From: a candidate division FCPU426 bacterium
Lineage (GTDB): Bacteria > Oederibacteriota > Muellerivitia > Muellerivitales > Muellerivitaceae
Length of the DNA: 64,000 nucleotides
Direction: 5' to 3'
Assembly (NCBI GenBank): GCA_963796105.1
Contig: CAWCKJ010000003.1
Span: 448,001-512,000 of the forward strand
The notes beneath the pieces were generated by a model that saw nothing but the letters and a program-made list of their open reading frames with translations, did not search any database and was not told where the DNA came from. The stretch's first letter is position 1; every line of letters starts with the position of its first letter. Below are positions 42,128-52,418 of the stretch, piece after piece. The position numbers and the translations under genes were made by a program.

Positions 42128-42877
42128 TTAGCCGTCAGGGTTGGCCTGGATTTTACGATTTTTCCGCATGGATTCTCCTTTCAAGACGATGGAATGGGAG
42201 TTGTGGATTAGCCGGTCAAGAATGGCGTCAGCTAAAGTCGGGTCTCCGATGATTTCGTGCCAATGGCTTGGCGGGACTTGGGAAGTTACCAAGGTGGATC
42301 GCCGGTCATATCGGTCCTCCAATATCTCAAACAAGTCCTTGCGTTGCTCATCGGTGAGAACCGCCGTTCCCCAATCGTCCAGGATCAAAAGGTCATAGTG
42401 GGAGAAGGAGACGAGGATTTTCCCATATCGTCCATCCGCCTTGGCCAGGGCCAAGTCTTGGAAAAGTTTGGGAACCCTCAAGTAAAGAACGTGGAACCCT
42501 TCACGGCAGCCCTGGTGCCCCAGGGCACAGGCTAGGTAGCTCTTTCCACAGCCCGTGGGCCCTGTAATCAGGCAGTTGTCATGGGATCGAAGCCAAGCGC
42601 AGGATGCCAGTGACAGGATTTTCGCCTTGTCTAGACCGCGGGGCTGTTGGTAATCCACGTCCTCCATCGTTGCCGGAAGACGTAGTTTCGCCCTTTGCAG
42701 CCTGGCGGTGAGGCGGCTGTTGGATCTCATCATCTCCTCCCGGTCCAACAACAAAGCGAACCTTTCCTCGAAACTCAAGGAACTGCATTCAGGATTTTCC
42801 ATCTGCTCTTGCAGGGCCTTGAGCATGCCGGGCAATCTCAGTTGATAAAGCTTGTCCAGGGTAGGGTGTTGAAGCAT
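42128..42877 (-). CDS. istB: IS21 helper ATPase IstB
   Basis: GPTGCGKS Walker A, LLILDDWG, ADAILDRLIH, GESMRK. Confidence 0.95.
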   Translation of the reverse strand: MLQHPTLDKLYQLRLPGMLKALQEQMENPECSSLSFEERFALLLDREEMMRSNSRLTARLQRAKLRLPATMEDVDYQQPRGLDKAKILSLASCAWLRSHDNCLITGPTGCGKSYLACALGHQGCREGFHVLYLRVPKLFQDLALAKADGRYGKILVSFSHYDLLILDDWGTAVLTDEQRKDLFEILEDRYDRRSTLVTSQVPPSHWHEIIGDPTLADAILDRLIHNSHSIVLKGESMRKNRKIQANPDG

Positions 42878-42898
42878 ACGTCCTCCTTGTGATTGATT

Positions 42899-44434
42899 TC
42901 AAAGCTGGTAATAGGCCGATCCCCGTACGTTGTCGTGCAGGGGAAGGGGTAAACACACCACTTGGCTTTCCAAGGGACGCTGATCCAGGCCGGTCTTGAG
43001 GATGGACTGGATGCTCCTTCGGGAAACAGCGTTGGAAGCCAAAGCGCGCGAGCAGGCGGCGTTGAGCCTCGCCGCGCCGAACTGCTTGGAAAGTTGGATA
43101 AGTCCCAGACAGGCCCGGTAACCCTGCTGGGGATGAACTTTGGAAGCCAATATCTGTTCCACGCATTTCTCGACTGAATCCCCCAGCGAATGAGCCCAGC
43201 GCAAAAGTCTTTCGGGGCTCCAATCCCCGTAGTCCTTGTGATTCTTGGGCATATGGTCCTTGCAGGTAGTGTGATAGCCTTTCACGAAGGACCGTAAATG
43301 GCTGGCCACCCGCTTGTGTTGGTGGAAACATTCCACGATGGAGGATGTGGTTCGAACCCAAATACTTTGGCCGACCAATTGGTAGGGAATGCTGTAATAG
43401 TGTCGGTCGATTTCGACGTGGTAGTCGATATGCACCCGGGCTTGTTTCCATTGGGCGAAGTCGTAGGGAACCTCAGGAAGAGGCTTCAAAAGGGGCTTTT
43501 CCAGCTCCTCAAAGAGGGACTTTCGGGAACCGGGAATCTTCTGGAAGGGTTTGGCATTGAACTTCACCAAAAGCTCGGCGATGGCCTCGTTGAGGTCGGC
43601 GAGGGAGAAAAATTGCCGGTGGCGAAGAACCGCTAGGATTTGACGCTCGATATCCTGAACGCCTTTTTCTACCTTGGCCTTGTCCCTTGGTTTTCGGACC
43701 CGGGCCGGAAGGATGGCAGTACCGTAATGGTTGGCGAGTTCCTGGTAGGTGGCATTGGGTTGGGGCTCATAGCGGCAAGGACGGGTAATGCCGCTTTTGA
43801 GATTGTCGGGAACTATCAACTCGTGGATACCACCGAAGAATCTGAAAGCCCTTTGGTGGGAGGCGATCCAATCTGGAAGTCCCTGGGTCCAGGTGGCCTC
43901 GGCATAGGCGTAATTACTGGCGCAGGACACGGCCACGAAGATTTGGGCTTCACGAATTTCCCCGGTCAAGCGATCCACAACGGGCATGGTTAGGCCGGCG
44001 TAATCGACCATTAACTTTTCACCGGCCTTGTGGTCCAACCGCATGGAAACATCCAAGGTTTGGGTCCAGTCCCGGTAGAGCCCGAAGAAACGGCTTCGCA
44101 GGTATCCATCGGGATGGATATTCTTGTACTCTTGCCACAAGAGCTCCATGGTAACGCCCTTGCGTTTAAGTTCCTGGTGGATTTGATTCCAGGTGGGCAG
44201 GGGTCTGGATTTATTTCTGGGTTCGATGGGACCCGAGGGGAATAGTCGTGTTTCCAACGTGGCATCGTCCAAATCGGCTGGAAGCGGCCAAACCAACCCG
44301 GCTTTCTGCGCCCTGATGATATATTCCCGAACAGTTGTTTCGCCTAGTCCACAGCCTCGGGCAATATTTCGAAGACTCAGCCCCTTCTCGTACTTCAACC
44401 GCAATACTTCCCTGATTTGACGCATGGATGTCAC
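42899..44434 (-). CDS. istA: IS21 transposase IstA (original first codons displaced to 47200-47223)
   Basis: MRQIREVLRL, VDYAG, VPDNLKSG, PRDKAKVEKGV. Confidence 0.92.
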   Translation of the reverse strand: MTSMRQIREVLRLKYEKGLSLRNIARGCGLGETTVREYIIRAQKAGLVWPLPADLDDATLETRLFPSGPIEPRNKSRPLPTWNQIHQELKRKGVTMELLWQEYKNIHPDGYLRSRFFGLYRDWTQTLDVSMRLDHKAGEKLMVDYAGLTMPVVDRLTGEIREAQIFVAVSCASNYAYAEATWTQGLPDWIASHQRAFRFFGGIHELIVPDNLKSGITRPCRYEPQPNATYQELANHYGTAILPARVRKPRDKAKVEKGVQDIERQILAVLRHRQFFSLADLNEAIAELLVKFNAKPFQKIPGSRKSLFEELEKPLLKPLPEVPYDFAQWKQARVHIDYHVEIDRHYYSIPYQLVGQSIWVRTTSSIVECFHQHKRVASHLRSFVKGYHTTCKDHMPKNHKDYGDWSPERLLRWAHSLGDSVEKCVEQILASKVHPQQGYRACLGLIQLSKQFGAARLNAACSRALASNAVSRRSIQSILKTGLDQRPLESQVVCLPLPLHDNVRGSAYYQL

Positions 44435-44686
44435 TGGCCAGCCACTTTAACCCCCCTGGCCGCCTACTTTGCCCCCCCTCTTTTGGGCACTTCGAGGGGT
44501 GCCTGTTTCGGGGACTTCGACCCCTGCCTTGCGGGGCCTCTTTTTTAGATTAATTTAGACCCATCAAACTCCTTTCACAAGATGCGTTTTGCTTCCCCAA
44601 CATTGGATGATACGAAGTCCCGCGCAAATCCCGTAACCAATAGGCGCAAGATTGCACGAATAAGACAGCATCGAACGATGGGTTTC

Positions 44687-45466
44687 TCATAGTTTTGCCT
44701 CTTTTTCCCTGCTGTGTTCTTTTTTCATTTCTTCGCGCATGGAACGGGTCCGAAAGGAAGGGCCCTGAATGACGACGGCAGTGGCATGGTGGACCAGGCG
44801 GTCCATGGCAGCCGAGGCTAGGAGGGCGTCGCCGAAAAGCTCCGGCCACTCCCGCAGACTGCGGTTGGTGGTAAAAATCAAGGAGCCCTTTTCATAACGC
44901 TCACAGATGATGTCGTAAAAATCCTCGGCGACCTTGGTGTCGAAGGGCTTGAGACCCCAGTCGTCCAGGATCAAGAGGTCGGGTTTCAGGAAGGATGCGA
45001 ATCGGTTTTCCCAGGTACCGTCCCCGCGCGAGGCCGCTAATCGTTGGGCCGCATGCGAGGTCTTGATAAAGAGTACCTCATAACCCTTGCGGCAGACTTC
45101 ATGGGCCAAAGCGCAGGCCAAATGGGTTTTGCCCACACCTGAGGGACCGATGAAAAATAGGTTCTCTTTTCGCTCCACGAAAGAACAAGTACCCAAATCC
45201 AGGATTTGTTGCCGGTTGATGGCCGGGTTGAAGGCGAAATCGAACCCCGTTAGAGTCATATGGGTTGAGAAGCCCGCCTTTTTCAGCCTTCTTTGGAGTT
45301 GGCCCACTTGGCGGCGCTCCAGCTCATCCAACAGCAACTGGCCCAGGAAATCCATATAACCGATCTGGGATTCAATGGCCTGCTGGTTTCGGATTTCCAG
45401 CGTCTCCAACATACCTGCGAGTTTTAACCTTCTCAGGTGCGGCTCCAACTGATGTTTATTTTCCAT
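44687..45466 (-). CDS. istB: IS21 helper ATPase IstB
   Basis: GPSGVGKT, LLILDDWG, AMDRLVH, GPSFR; ATG 45466 after GAGGAGG. Confidence 0.94.
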   Translation of the reverse strand: MENKHQLEPHLRRLKLAGMLETLEIRNQQAIESQIGYMDFLGQLLLDELERRQVGQLQRRLKKAGFSTHMTLTGFDFAFNPAINRQQILDLGTCSFVERKENLFFIGPSGVGKTHLACALAHEVCRKGYEVLFIKTSHAAQRLAASRGDGTWENRFASFLKPDLLILDDWGLKPFDTKVAEDFYDIICERYEKGSLIFTTNRSLREWPELFGDALLASAAMDRLVHHATAVVIQGPSFRTRSMREEMKKEHSREKEAKL

Positions 45467-45479
45467 ATATGCTTCCTCC

Positions 45480-47036
45480 TCAATTTTTATCCAGAGCCAA
45501 GGCACGGAGGAAATCCTCCGCGGGCCGGGCGAAATCGAAAGACGACTGGGGTTTGAGTGAAGGATCCGACGGCGGGTCCAACGGGTTTTGATCGAGGTTC
45601 TTTTGAAGGATGTTTTTGATGGATTGGTACGTGTAGTTTCCGAAATGGAGGGCCCTTAGACAGGCTGCCTCCAGACGGGAAGGCAGGTACTTTTCCCTCA
45701 AGCGCAGAATGCCCTGGGCTTTGCGCAGATGGTCCAGGGGGTGGGAGTGTTCCAGCAGGAGTTGGATTAATTGATGGGTATTAGGTCCAATGGCCTGGGC
45801 CTGTTTGAGGCACCATTGTGGGGTTCGTTCCAAGAAGACCGCTTTTTCAGGGGGATAGTGGCCCGGGTTGGTGCGCCAGGTTCCCTTGCGTGTGGCCTTG
45901 GCGTGGGAAGCCACGCATTCGTGTTTGAGAAATATATCAACGGTGGTGTCGGTTAATTGGGCCAGTAGTTTTTGGCCCCGAAGACGGTAGGGAGCCGAGT
46001 AATAGGAACCTTCCACGACTACGTGGCAATCGGGGTGCAGAGTGGCTTCTTTGAAGAAAGTTGGATGGTAAGCCGCGGTAGGCAGGGGCAAAAGGGCCTT
46101 CTGTTCCACGCTCTGGAAGACGGCCAAGGGTTGAAGCCGGGTGGTGCCATGATCCCGTAAACCTGCCTTGTTCATCACCCAATCGCGGAGTTGATGGTTG
46201 GCATCGGTGCGGCCCTGGAAGGAACGACCCTTGAAGAAGGAATTACGGACATAGGGCACGCCGCGTTCAACTTTACCCTTGTGGCGTGGAGTGGCGACGC
46301 GGCAAGGGGAGATGATGAAGCCGTAATGGTTGGCGCATTCCACGTAGGTACGGTTGGCCAAGGGATCATAGAGGGCCGCCTTGACGATGGCGCTTTTCAG
46401 GTTATCGATTACGATTTTTTTAGGGACTGAATTGAAGAACTCGAAAGCCCGGCGGTGGCAGGCGATCCAGGTTCTCACGTCCTGTGCGAATACAATCTCG
46501 GCGTACATATGCCGGGAATGGGAAAGGGTCATCACGAAAACCCAGGCCTTGGCTTGCTTGCCACGCGTCTCGTCCCACAAGCGGCCCAAAAGCCCGAAAT
46601 CCACTTGGGCCTCCTCGCCGGGCGCAACCTCCAGCCTCACGTAGGCGGGTTTCTCATTGCGAAAAGGCTCCGTATACCTCTTCAGGGTCGAGTAACTCCC
46701 CTTCCACCCGTGCCGCTCTTGAAGCATCTCCTGGATGCGAATCAAGGTGAAATCTTCCTTCAACCATTCTTGGATGATTCCCTTGAGGGCCTCCAAGGCA
46801 TGAGCGGGAACGGGCGTGGATTTTTCGCCGTCTTCCCAAGCCTTCGCCAAATCCTTTTCCAGGGGAAGTTCCCCTTGGAGAAAGCCATGTTCTTTCGCCC
46901 AACGCACGTATTGCTTGACCGTGTGCTTATTGCATCCCAGGGCCCGGGCAGTGGGTTTGAACCCGCCCAAGGCCTGGTAAGTCCTCAAAATCTCACGAAT
47001 AGTCGCCATGTCGCTCTGCCTCCCTTGTCGGGTCAT
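45480..47036 (-). CDS. istA: IS21 transposase IstA
   Basis: PGEEAQVDFG, IDNLKSA, PRHKGKVERGV, YYSAPY. Confidence 0.94.
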   Translation of the reverse strand: MTRQGRQSDMATIREILRTYQALGGFKPTARALGCNKHTVKQYVRWAKEHGFLQGELPLEKDLAKAWEDGEKSTPVPAHALEALKGIIQEWLKEDFTLIRIQEMLQERHGWKGSYSTLKRYTEPFRNEKPAYVRLEVAPGEEAQVDFGLLGRLWDETRGKQAKAWVFVMTLSHSRHMYAEIVFAQDVRTWIACHRRAFEFFNSVPKKIVIDNLKSAIVKAALYDPLANRTYVECANHYGFIISPCRVATPRHKGKVERGVPYVRNSFFKGRSFQGRTDANHQLRDWVMNKAGLRDHGTTRLQPLAVFQSVEQKALLPLPTAAYHPTFFKEATLHPDCHVVVEGSYYSAPYRLRGQKLLAQLTDTTVDIFLKHECVASHAKATRKGTWRTNPGHYPPEKAVFLERTPQWCLKQAQAIGPNTHQLIQLLLEHSHPLDHLRKAQGILRLREKYLPSRLEAACLRALHFGNYTYQSIKNILQKNLDQNPLDPPSDPSLKPQSSFDFARPAEDFLRALALDKN

Positions 47037-47429
47037 GCCGTTCTCCTCACATGAAGTGAAAAAAGAAAGGAATGACGGTTAGAGAGGCCCTTGGCAAGGG
47101 GGTCAAAGTCGGTGGCCAGACAGGGGGTCAAAGTGACTGGCCAGAGGTGGGGTCAAAGTGCTTGGCCAGCTAGGGGGTTAAAGCTCGCGGCCAATGACAC
47201 ATGGATGAACGCTCCCTTGGCATTCCGACCTCCTTGGTTTTGGAACAACCAAAAAAGGCCAAGAATAACCCTGTTGAAGGTTATCCCGCATCGTTCGCCC
47301 TCCCTTCAAACCCTAGAAATAGCTTTCTAGGGGTGCACGCTTTCGATTGGATTAGGTGCGCGCTTTGGATTGGATTTAGTGCGCGGATTCGATTGGATTG
47401 GGTGCGCGCTTTCAATTGGAATATGCACA

Positions 47430-48050
47430 ATACTGGGTTGAGCCCTCTCATACTGGGTTGTACTGGGTTGAGCCCCCCATACTGGGTTGTACTGGGTTGC
47501 CAGCCTCCAATACTGGGTTGGGCCCTCTCATACTGGGTTGTACTGGGTTGCGAGCCTCCAATACTGGGTTGGGCCCTCTCATACTGGGTTGTACTGGGTT
47601 GCGAGCCTCCAATACTGGGTTGAGCCCTCTCATACTGGGTTGTACTGGGTTGCCAGCCTCCAATACTGGGTTGCGAGCCTCCAATACTGGGTTGGGCCCT
47701 CTCATACTGGGTTGTACTGGGTTGCGAGCCTCCAATACTGGGTTGAGCCCTCACATACTGGGTTGTACTGGGTTGCCAGCCTCCAATACTGGGTTGAGCC
47801 CTCTCATACTGGGTTGTACTGGGTTGCCAGCCTCCAATACTGGGTTGAGCCCTCTCATACTGGGTTGTACTGGGTTGCCAGCCTCCAATACTGGGTTGAG
47901 CCCTCTCATACTGGGTTGTACTGGGTTGAGAACCTCCAATACTGGGTTGGGCCCTCTCATACTGGGTTGTACTGGGTTGAGCCCTCTCATACTGGGTTGT
48001 ACTGGGTTGAGAACCTCCAATACTGGGTTGCTGCCCCAAATACCGGGTTG
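47430..48050. repeat. Tandem array of ~36 TACTGGGTTG cores in a 51-bp super-unit
   Basis: ATACTGGGTTG-RGCCCTCTC-ATACTGGGTTG-TACTGGGTTG-CSAGCCTCCA repeated, with 21- and 30-bp variants. Confidence 0.95.
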
Positions 48051-48106
48051 TCCGCTTTCAGAATTCAAGCGTGGAATCTGGTAGATATTTTGGAGGAGTA
48101 TTCGTT

Positions 48107-48139
48107 GTTTGAATACGGCGGCAGTCGCCGTATTCAAAC
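48107..48139. promoter_or_regulatory. Perfect 14-bp inverted repeat upstream of the XRE gene
   Basis: GTTTGAATACGGCG-GCAGT-CGCCGTATTCAAAC. Confidence 0.55.
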
Positions 48140-48164
48140 TGCCGGATTTAAATACTATGCGTGT

Positions 48165-48416
48165 ATGTTTGAAAAAGAGGTCGCTGAACTTACGGAAAAA
48201 ACCTTGGGAGATCTATCGCGTCGGATCTCGGAAATGAGGCATGCAAATAATTGGACCCAAGGGAAAGTCGCTGAAATGATTCGCGTTGACGTAAGAACAT
48301 ATCAAAGATGGGAATATGGGGAGATTGCCCATAATGCCATTCCTCATTTATGCAGGCTCGCGATAGTCTTCAAATGTTCTGTGCATGATTTCTTTGATGA
48401 TGCAAGACAACCGTAA
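48165..48416 (+). CDS. XRE-family HTH regulator
   Basis: RISEMRHANNWTQGKVAEMIRVDVRTYQRWEYGE...LCRLAIVFKCSVHDFF. Confidence 0.82.
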   Translation: MFEKEVAELTEKTLGDLSRRISEMRHANNWTQGKVAEMIRVDVRTYQRWEYGEIAHNAIPHLCRLAIVFKCSVHDFFDDARQP

Positions 48417-48814
48417 TTTGGCCGTGGCTGCCCTTATGGTTTTCCTCGAAAGAATTCTATGATGAACCAAAACCTTAATAATAATTTGTGGTCGTCCCAG
48501 GGAAAATAAAAACGGGATTTGATCAGTCAAGCCGAGTGGTTCTTTTGGTCGGCTTTACTATATCTGGCTGAACTTCAGAGGGGATTTACCCACCAATCAA
48601 CCACACCTGCCGTGAGCACACACGGCGAACGGCAAGATTTGGTTGTACCAACTGCCATAAGCAGCTGGTACAAGTTGATTGGTGACGGTTGGTAATGGCT
48701 TGCAAATGGCCTTACGAATAGCTTTCCATAAACCATTTGTGGTGTCGGGCGAATTACCCGACCAATTTAAAACAATTGGTATCGCGGGATAAAGCAGGAA
48801 TATTTCTCAAGTAC

Positions 48815-49006
48815 CTAAAGTGATGACTGGTCACTGCACCAAGCTAGGGGCTTGGTGCCTGACCCCTGATTTCCTGTATTGGAATTGAATCCGGTTTGGG
48901 AATCATGGCCGAATATCTTCACCGCGGCGATGACCGCGACCGCTATTAAAGCAACTATCAAGAGGTATTCCGCCATCCCTTGGCCTTTTTGATTTAGCTT
49001 TTTCAT
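48815..49006 (-). CDS. Flp/type IVb pilin-like protein (possibly truncated)
   Basis: MKKLNQKGQGMAEYLLIVALIAVAVIAAV: prepilin G|Q...EY motif; GGGAGG RBS. Confidence 0.75.
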   Translation of the reverse strand: MKKLNQKGQGMAEYLLIVALIAVAVIAAVKIFGHDSQTGFNSNTGNQGSGTKPLAWCSDQSSL

Positions 49007-49270
49007 GAATAAAACCTCCCAGTCTTTGTGCACTCTAAAACTATTTAGAAGTGTTCCCTAAACCATATTCTTGGTATCTGGCCTATTTTAATATTACCTG
49101 GTTTTTCTTTAAATTGTTGTTTCCACAAAATCCCTCAAAAATTCTGCCCAAAACGGCAAAGCTGGGCTGAAAATTAAAAGAAGTTGGCGGAAGATGAGAA
49201 GTTAGCGCAAAAGCTGATAAAGTGATGAATGATCACTGCCACACGCTGCGGAGCGTGTGGCCTGACCCCT

Positions 49271-49430
49271 ATGTTTCATCATGGAGTCAACGTGAAATAT
49301 CTGCCTGGATACTTGAGCGAATATACTTATCGGTTCAATCGTCGCCATGACCCAGATTCCTTATTTCACCGGGCCTTAACCGCTTGCGCTTTGGCAAAAC
49401 CCATTACTGCGCAAGCGTTGTTCGGATAGG
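49271..49430 (+). pseudogene. IS1595-family transposase C-terminal fragment
   Basis: FHHGVNVKYLPGYLSEYTYRFNRR motif; N-terminal part absent. Confidence 0.75.
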
Positions 49431-50004
49431 CATGGAAAATTGTATTCAAAAGAACGGGACAAACTCGAGAAAGAATTCAAGGGGACATTCGCAAAGAAGA
49501 CCGAGAAGTTTTTTGTCAGTACGCTCTGCCGGTCGTGCTATGAAGATTCGGTTTTCAGTGGTACGCTAAGTTCTTTGAAAGATGATGTTGACATTGAATC
49601 TGCATTTGAACTTATCCAAATCAGGCCGAATTCGGCGAAACGTTGAAAAAATCCAATAATTACAGGCTCCTGCACATGGCTGTCGCAAAAAGGATGGTGT
49701 GCAACGATTTAAGGCCCCACGCCTATAAGAATATCTAAAGAAGGAATCTGGATTTCCAATCAAGACCTCTTCAAACACTTGAAGAAGCTGTAAAAGGGAA
49801 TTACCCCGCAGGATACGACTTCGAGAACCGGAAATTTGATTCCCGCCGATAAGAAAACCGGCGTTTCAAAGCCATATAAAAGGCTATCTGACATTCAGTG
49901 TGTCCCCGCCGGTTGAAAAGTGTGACGGTGGGCGGTCCAAAAGTGTGACACCCCCCGCCTTCCACGAGCCTTACGGTTCATGGTCGTTGGTTTGTCTTTA
50001 GTCT

Positions 50005-50781
50005 TTACCCTTCCTTCTTGTCTTTGTGCCTTAGCCGTTTTTTCGATTCTGTTAATCTATAACTTTGGCCGTTGGCCTCCAGAATATGCACCCGATGGGT
50101 CAAACGGTCAATAAGAGCCCCCGTCATCCTCTCAGAACCCATGATTTCCACCCAGTTTTCGAAGGGCAGGTTGGTCGTTACCAGCAGGCTGGTCCGCTCG
50201 TAGGCCTTGCTGACAACCTCGAAGAGCAACTCGGCCCCCGCCTTGGTGAAAGGCACGTAACCCAGTTCATCCAGGACGATCAGATGGAGCCTGGCTAGCT
50301 GACGGTGGAACTTGGCCAATTGTTTCTCCTCCCGGCGCTCCAGAAGCTCCGTCACTAGGCCGGTGACGGAGAAGAACTTTACCGCTCGGCCCTGGCAACA
50401 GGCCTGGAAGGCTAGGGCCGAGGCCAGATGGGTTTTACCCGTTCCGGAGTTGCCGATCAGCAGGATGTTTTCTTTTTTGTCCATGTACTCGCCCCGCATG
50501 AGTTCCCGGATTAATTCCTGGTTGATCGAGGGCTGGGCCTTGAAATCAAATGTGTCCAAAGTCTTGAGCACGGGAAAACCGGCATCCCGGATGCGCCTCT
50601 CCTTGGCCCGGCGCTCCCGATCCAGAAGCTCTAACTCGGCCAGCTTGAGAAGGTACTGGGGATAGTCGCTGCGCTCAGTGCGGCAGAGCTGGGCCATCTT
50701 GTCGTACTCGCGCTGCATCGTGGGCAGTTTGAGTTTTTTGAGATGATGTTCCAGTAAGAGGGTCTTTTTTGATTCGCTCAT
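50005..50781 (-). CDS. istB: IS21 helper ATPase IstB
   Basis: GNSGTGKT, IVLDELGY, ALIDRLTH, GQSYR. Confidence 0.95.
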   Translation of the reverse strand: MSESKKTLLLEHHLKKLKLPTMQREYDKMAQLCRTERSDYPQYLLKLAELELLDRERRAKERRIRDAGFPVLKTLDTFDFKAQPSINQELIRELMRGEYMDKKENILLIGNSGTGKTHLASALAFQACCQGRAVKFFSVTGLVTELLERREEKQLAKFHRQLARLHLIVLDELGYVPFTKAGAELLFEVVSKAYERTSLLVTTNLPFENWVEIMGSERMTGALIDRLTHRVHILEANGQSYRLTESKKRLRHKDKKEG

Positions 50782-52337
50782 GCTTCACCTCCCACGGGCA
50801 TCAGTTCGCGGTAGGCCGAAAGATCCGTCCGGGCCACCTGAACATGACGCAAGTGCTCACGACCGGCAAGGCTGAAGGTGGTTAGCCTGAAATCTTCCCT
50901 GGAGTAGAGAAGTTGAGCGACAGCGTCTCGGGTATAGATCTCCATCCCCACGGCCTTCTTCACTGCCCGGTGGAGCCTGCCCATGGAATGTTTTTCCAAA
51001 AGCCTCATCGTCTTGATGAATTCCCGTGTTCCCTCGCCGTGGAGCTTTTCCTTGGATTTCATACGGCGGTGCAGAAGGGTGAAACTTTCCGGAAGATTCC
51101 AGTCTTCCAGGGGTCTGGCATGATCAAATGCTCCCGGTTTTCCCTCCAAGATCGCCAAATAATGCACTGGATTGAAGGATATGCCTTCCTTGCACCAAAG
51201 GCGATCATGCTTCGCAATACGTTTGTCCCTGTAGAAAACATCCACCCGGTCGATGTATCCCTTCACCACTACAGGATGGTGTGCCCACTCCGAAGGCACA
51301 GAATAGTCGTTGGTGTCGAAACGCACCAGGGACGAGGACGTTGCCGTTGTGGACTGCTTCAGACAGGCGTCAAAAGATGTGGCCGGCAAAGGCCGGAATT
51401 TGGCCTTATCCTCGTCAAGAAGCTGTTTTTTGGGGAGGAACTTGCCGCGCAATTTTCGTTCGAGATCCTCGCGGCATTTCACTTTCAATTGTTCGTTTAG
51501 TTCTTCTAGGGTTCCCACTTGCGGCACTGGCACCATGAAATTTAGCCGGACATATTTCACCCCGCCTTCCACGACACCTTTTTCATTTCCACGGCGTATC
51601 GTGCAAAAGTGGTGATCAAAGAGATAGTGGCTTTCCAACTGCTGAAAACTCCGTGCCAACACCCGTTTATGCACCCCGATAATTTTCGTCACGAGGGTTT
51701 TGGCGTTGTCGTAACTGATCCGCCAGGGCACTCCACCAAAGTATTCAAAAGCCCGGATGTGGCCTTCCCACACAAACTCCGTACTCTCTCGCTCAAACAT
51801 CTGTACGAAAAAGGCATCCGAATAGGGCAAGGCCATTACAAAAAACGGACGTTTGACCAACACACCGTTGAGCTTCACCAAGGCGTGCCCAAAATCCACC
51901 TGCGCCTCGCCGGGTCGGTGGATCAAAGGTACGAACACCTCGCTATTTCTCTTTTTAATCCCCCGGACCGCTCTTTTTACCTGGGTATAACAGCCGGTGT
52001 ATCCATCTTCGGCTTTCAGGCGTTCAAAAATGCGCTTAGCGCTGTGGCGCTGTTTTTTGTGGACGTGCTTGTCGTCCTCCAGGATTTGCTTGATCCGACC
52101 CAGGAAAGGCCCTACCTTCGGTTGGGGCCTCTCTTGACTCATTTGGTAACCTGGAGGCTCACTATTGGCGAGTATTTTCTTGAGGGTTTCCCAGTGAATG
52201 CCTTCTTCTGCCATCACCTGGCGCTTGGGAACGCCCTCCACCAGGATTTTCTTGCGGATTTTCGTCCATTTGTCCATGTCTTTGTACACTCCTTTTCCTT
52301 CCGGTTTCTGTAGTTCCATTTTCTGGAACCACATCAT
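50778..52337 (-). CDS. istA: IS21 transposase IstA
   Basis: PGEAQVDFG, SYDNAK, GNEKGVVE, DYSVP. Confidence 0.95.
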   Translation of the reverse strand: MMWFQKMELQKPEGKGVYKDMDKWTKIRKKILVEGVPKRQVMAEEGIHWETLKKILANSEPPGYQMSQERPQPKVGPFLGRIKQILEDDKHVHKKQRHSAKRIFERLKAEDGYTGCYTQVKRAVRGIKKRNSEVFVPLIHRPGEAQVDFGHALVKLNGVLVKRPFFVMALPYSDAFFVQMFERESTEFVWEGHIRAFEYFGGVPWRISYDNAKTLVTKIIGVHKRVLARSFQQLESHYLFDHHFCTIRRGNEKGVVEGGVKYVRLNFMVPVPQVGTLEELNEQLKVKCREDLERKLRGKFLPKKQLLDEDKAKFRPLPATSFDACLKQSTTATSSSLVRFDTNDYSVPSEWAHHPVVVKGYIDRVDVFYRDKRIAKHDRLWCKEGISFNPVHYLAILEGKPGAFDHARPLEDWNLPESFTLLHRRMKSKEKLHGEGTREFIKTMRLLEKHSMGRLHRAVKKAVGMEIYTRDAVAQLLYSREDFRLTTFSLAGREHLRHVQVARTDLSAYRELMPVGGEA

Positions 52338-52418
52338 CCCGGAAAATCGGGGAGCGTCACACTTTTCGACCGCCTTTTTTGCCCTCTAGACCGTCACACT
52401 TTTGGAACGGCGTTTACA

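Larger units (their letters stand above)
44429..47199 (-). mobile_element. Inner IS21-family element with 6-bp target duplication CATGGA
   Basis: Ends TGTCACTGGCC...TTTAACCCCC / GGGGGTTAAAG...GGCCAATGACA; CATGGA at 44423-44428 and 47200-47205. Confidence 0.93.
41948..47429 (-). mobile_element. Outer IS21-family element, interrupted by a second IS21
   Basis: Multiple CCAAT...GCGCGCA end repeats at ~41950-42020 and 47333-47429; right end ...ATATGCACA intact, left end lacks terminal TG; carries istA and istB. Confidence 0.85.
49901..52418 (-). mobile_element. IS21-family element, copy 1 (2518 bp)
   Basis: Ends TGTCCCCGCCGGTTGAAAAGTGTGACGG / CCGTCACACTTTTGGAACGGCGTTTACA; no matching TSD. Confidence 0.93.

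Noticed and set aside
47430..48050. CRISPR or TIGR-type guide array
   Set aside because: Core is only 10-11 bp, linkers are repeated rather than unique, and no cas or Nop-domain gene was recognised in the window
47281..48137. Repeat-derived ORFs in several frames (QPSTTQYERA, ILGCTGL, NPVQPSM)
   Set aside because: Open only because the repeat lacks stop codons; no RBS or domain evidence; only the XRE part from 48165 is accepted
49431..49900. Short ORFs between the IS1595 fragment and IS21
   Set aside because: No recognisable motif; stops in all frames examined; probably decayed sequence
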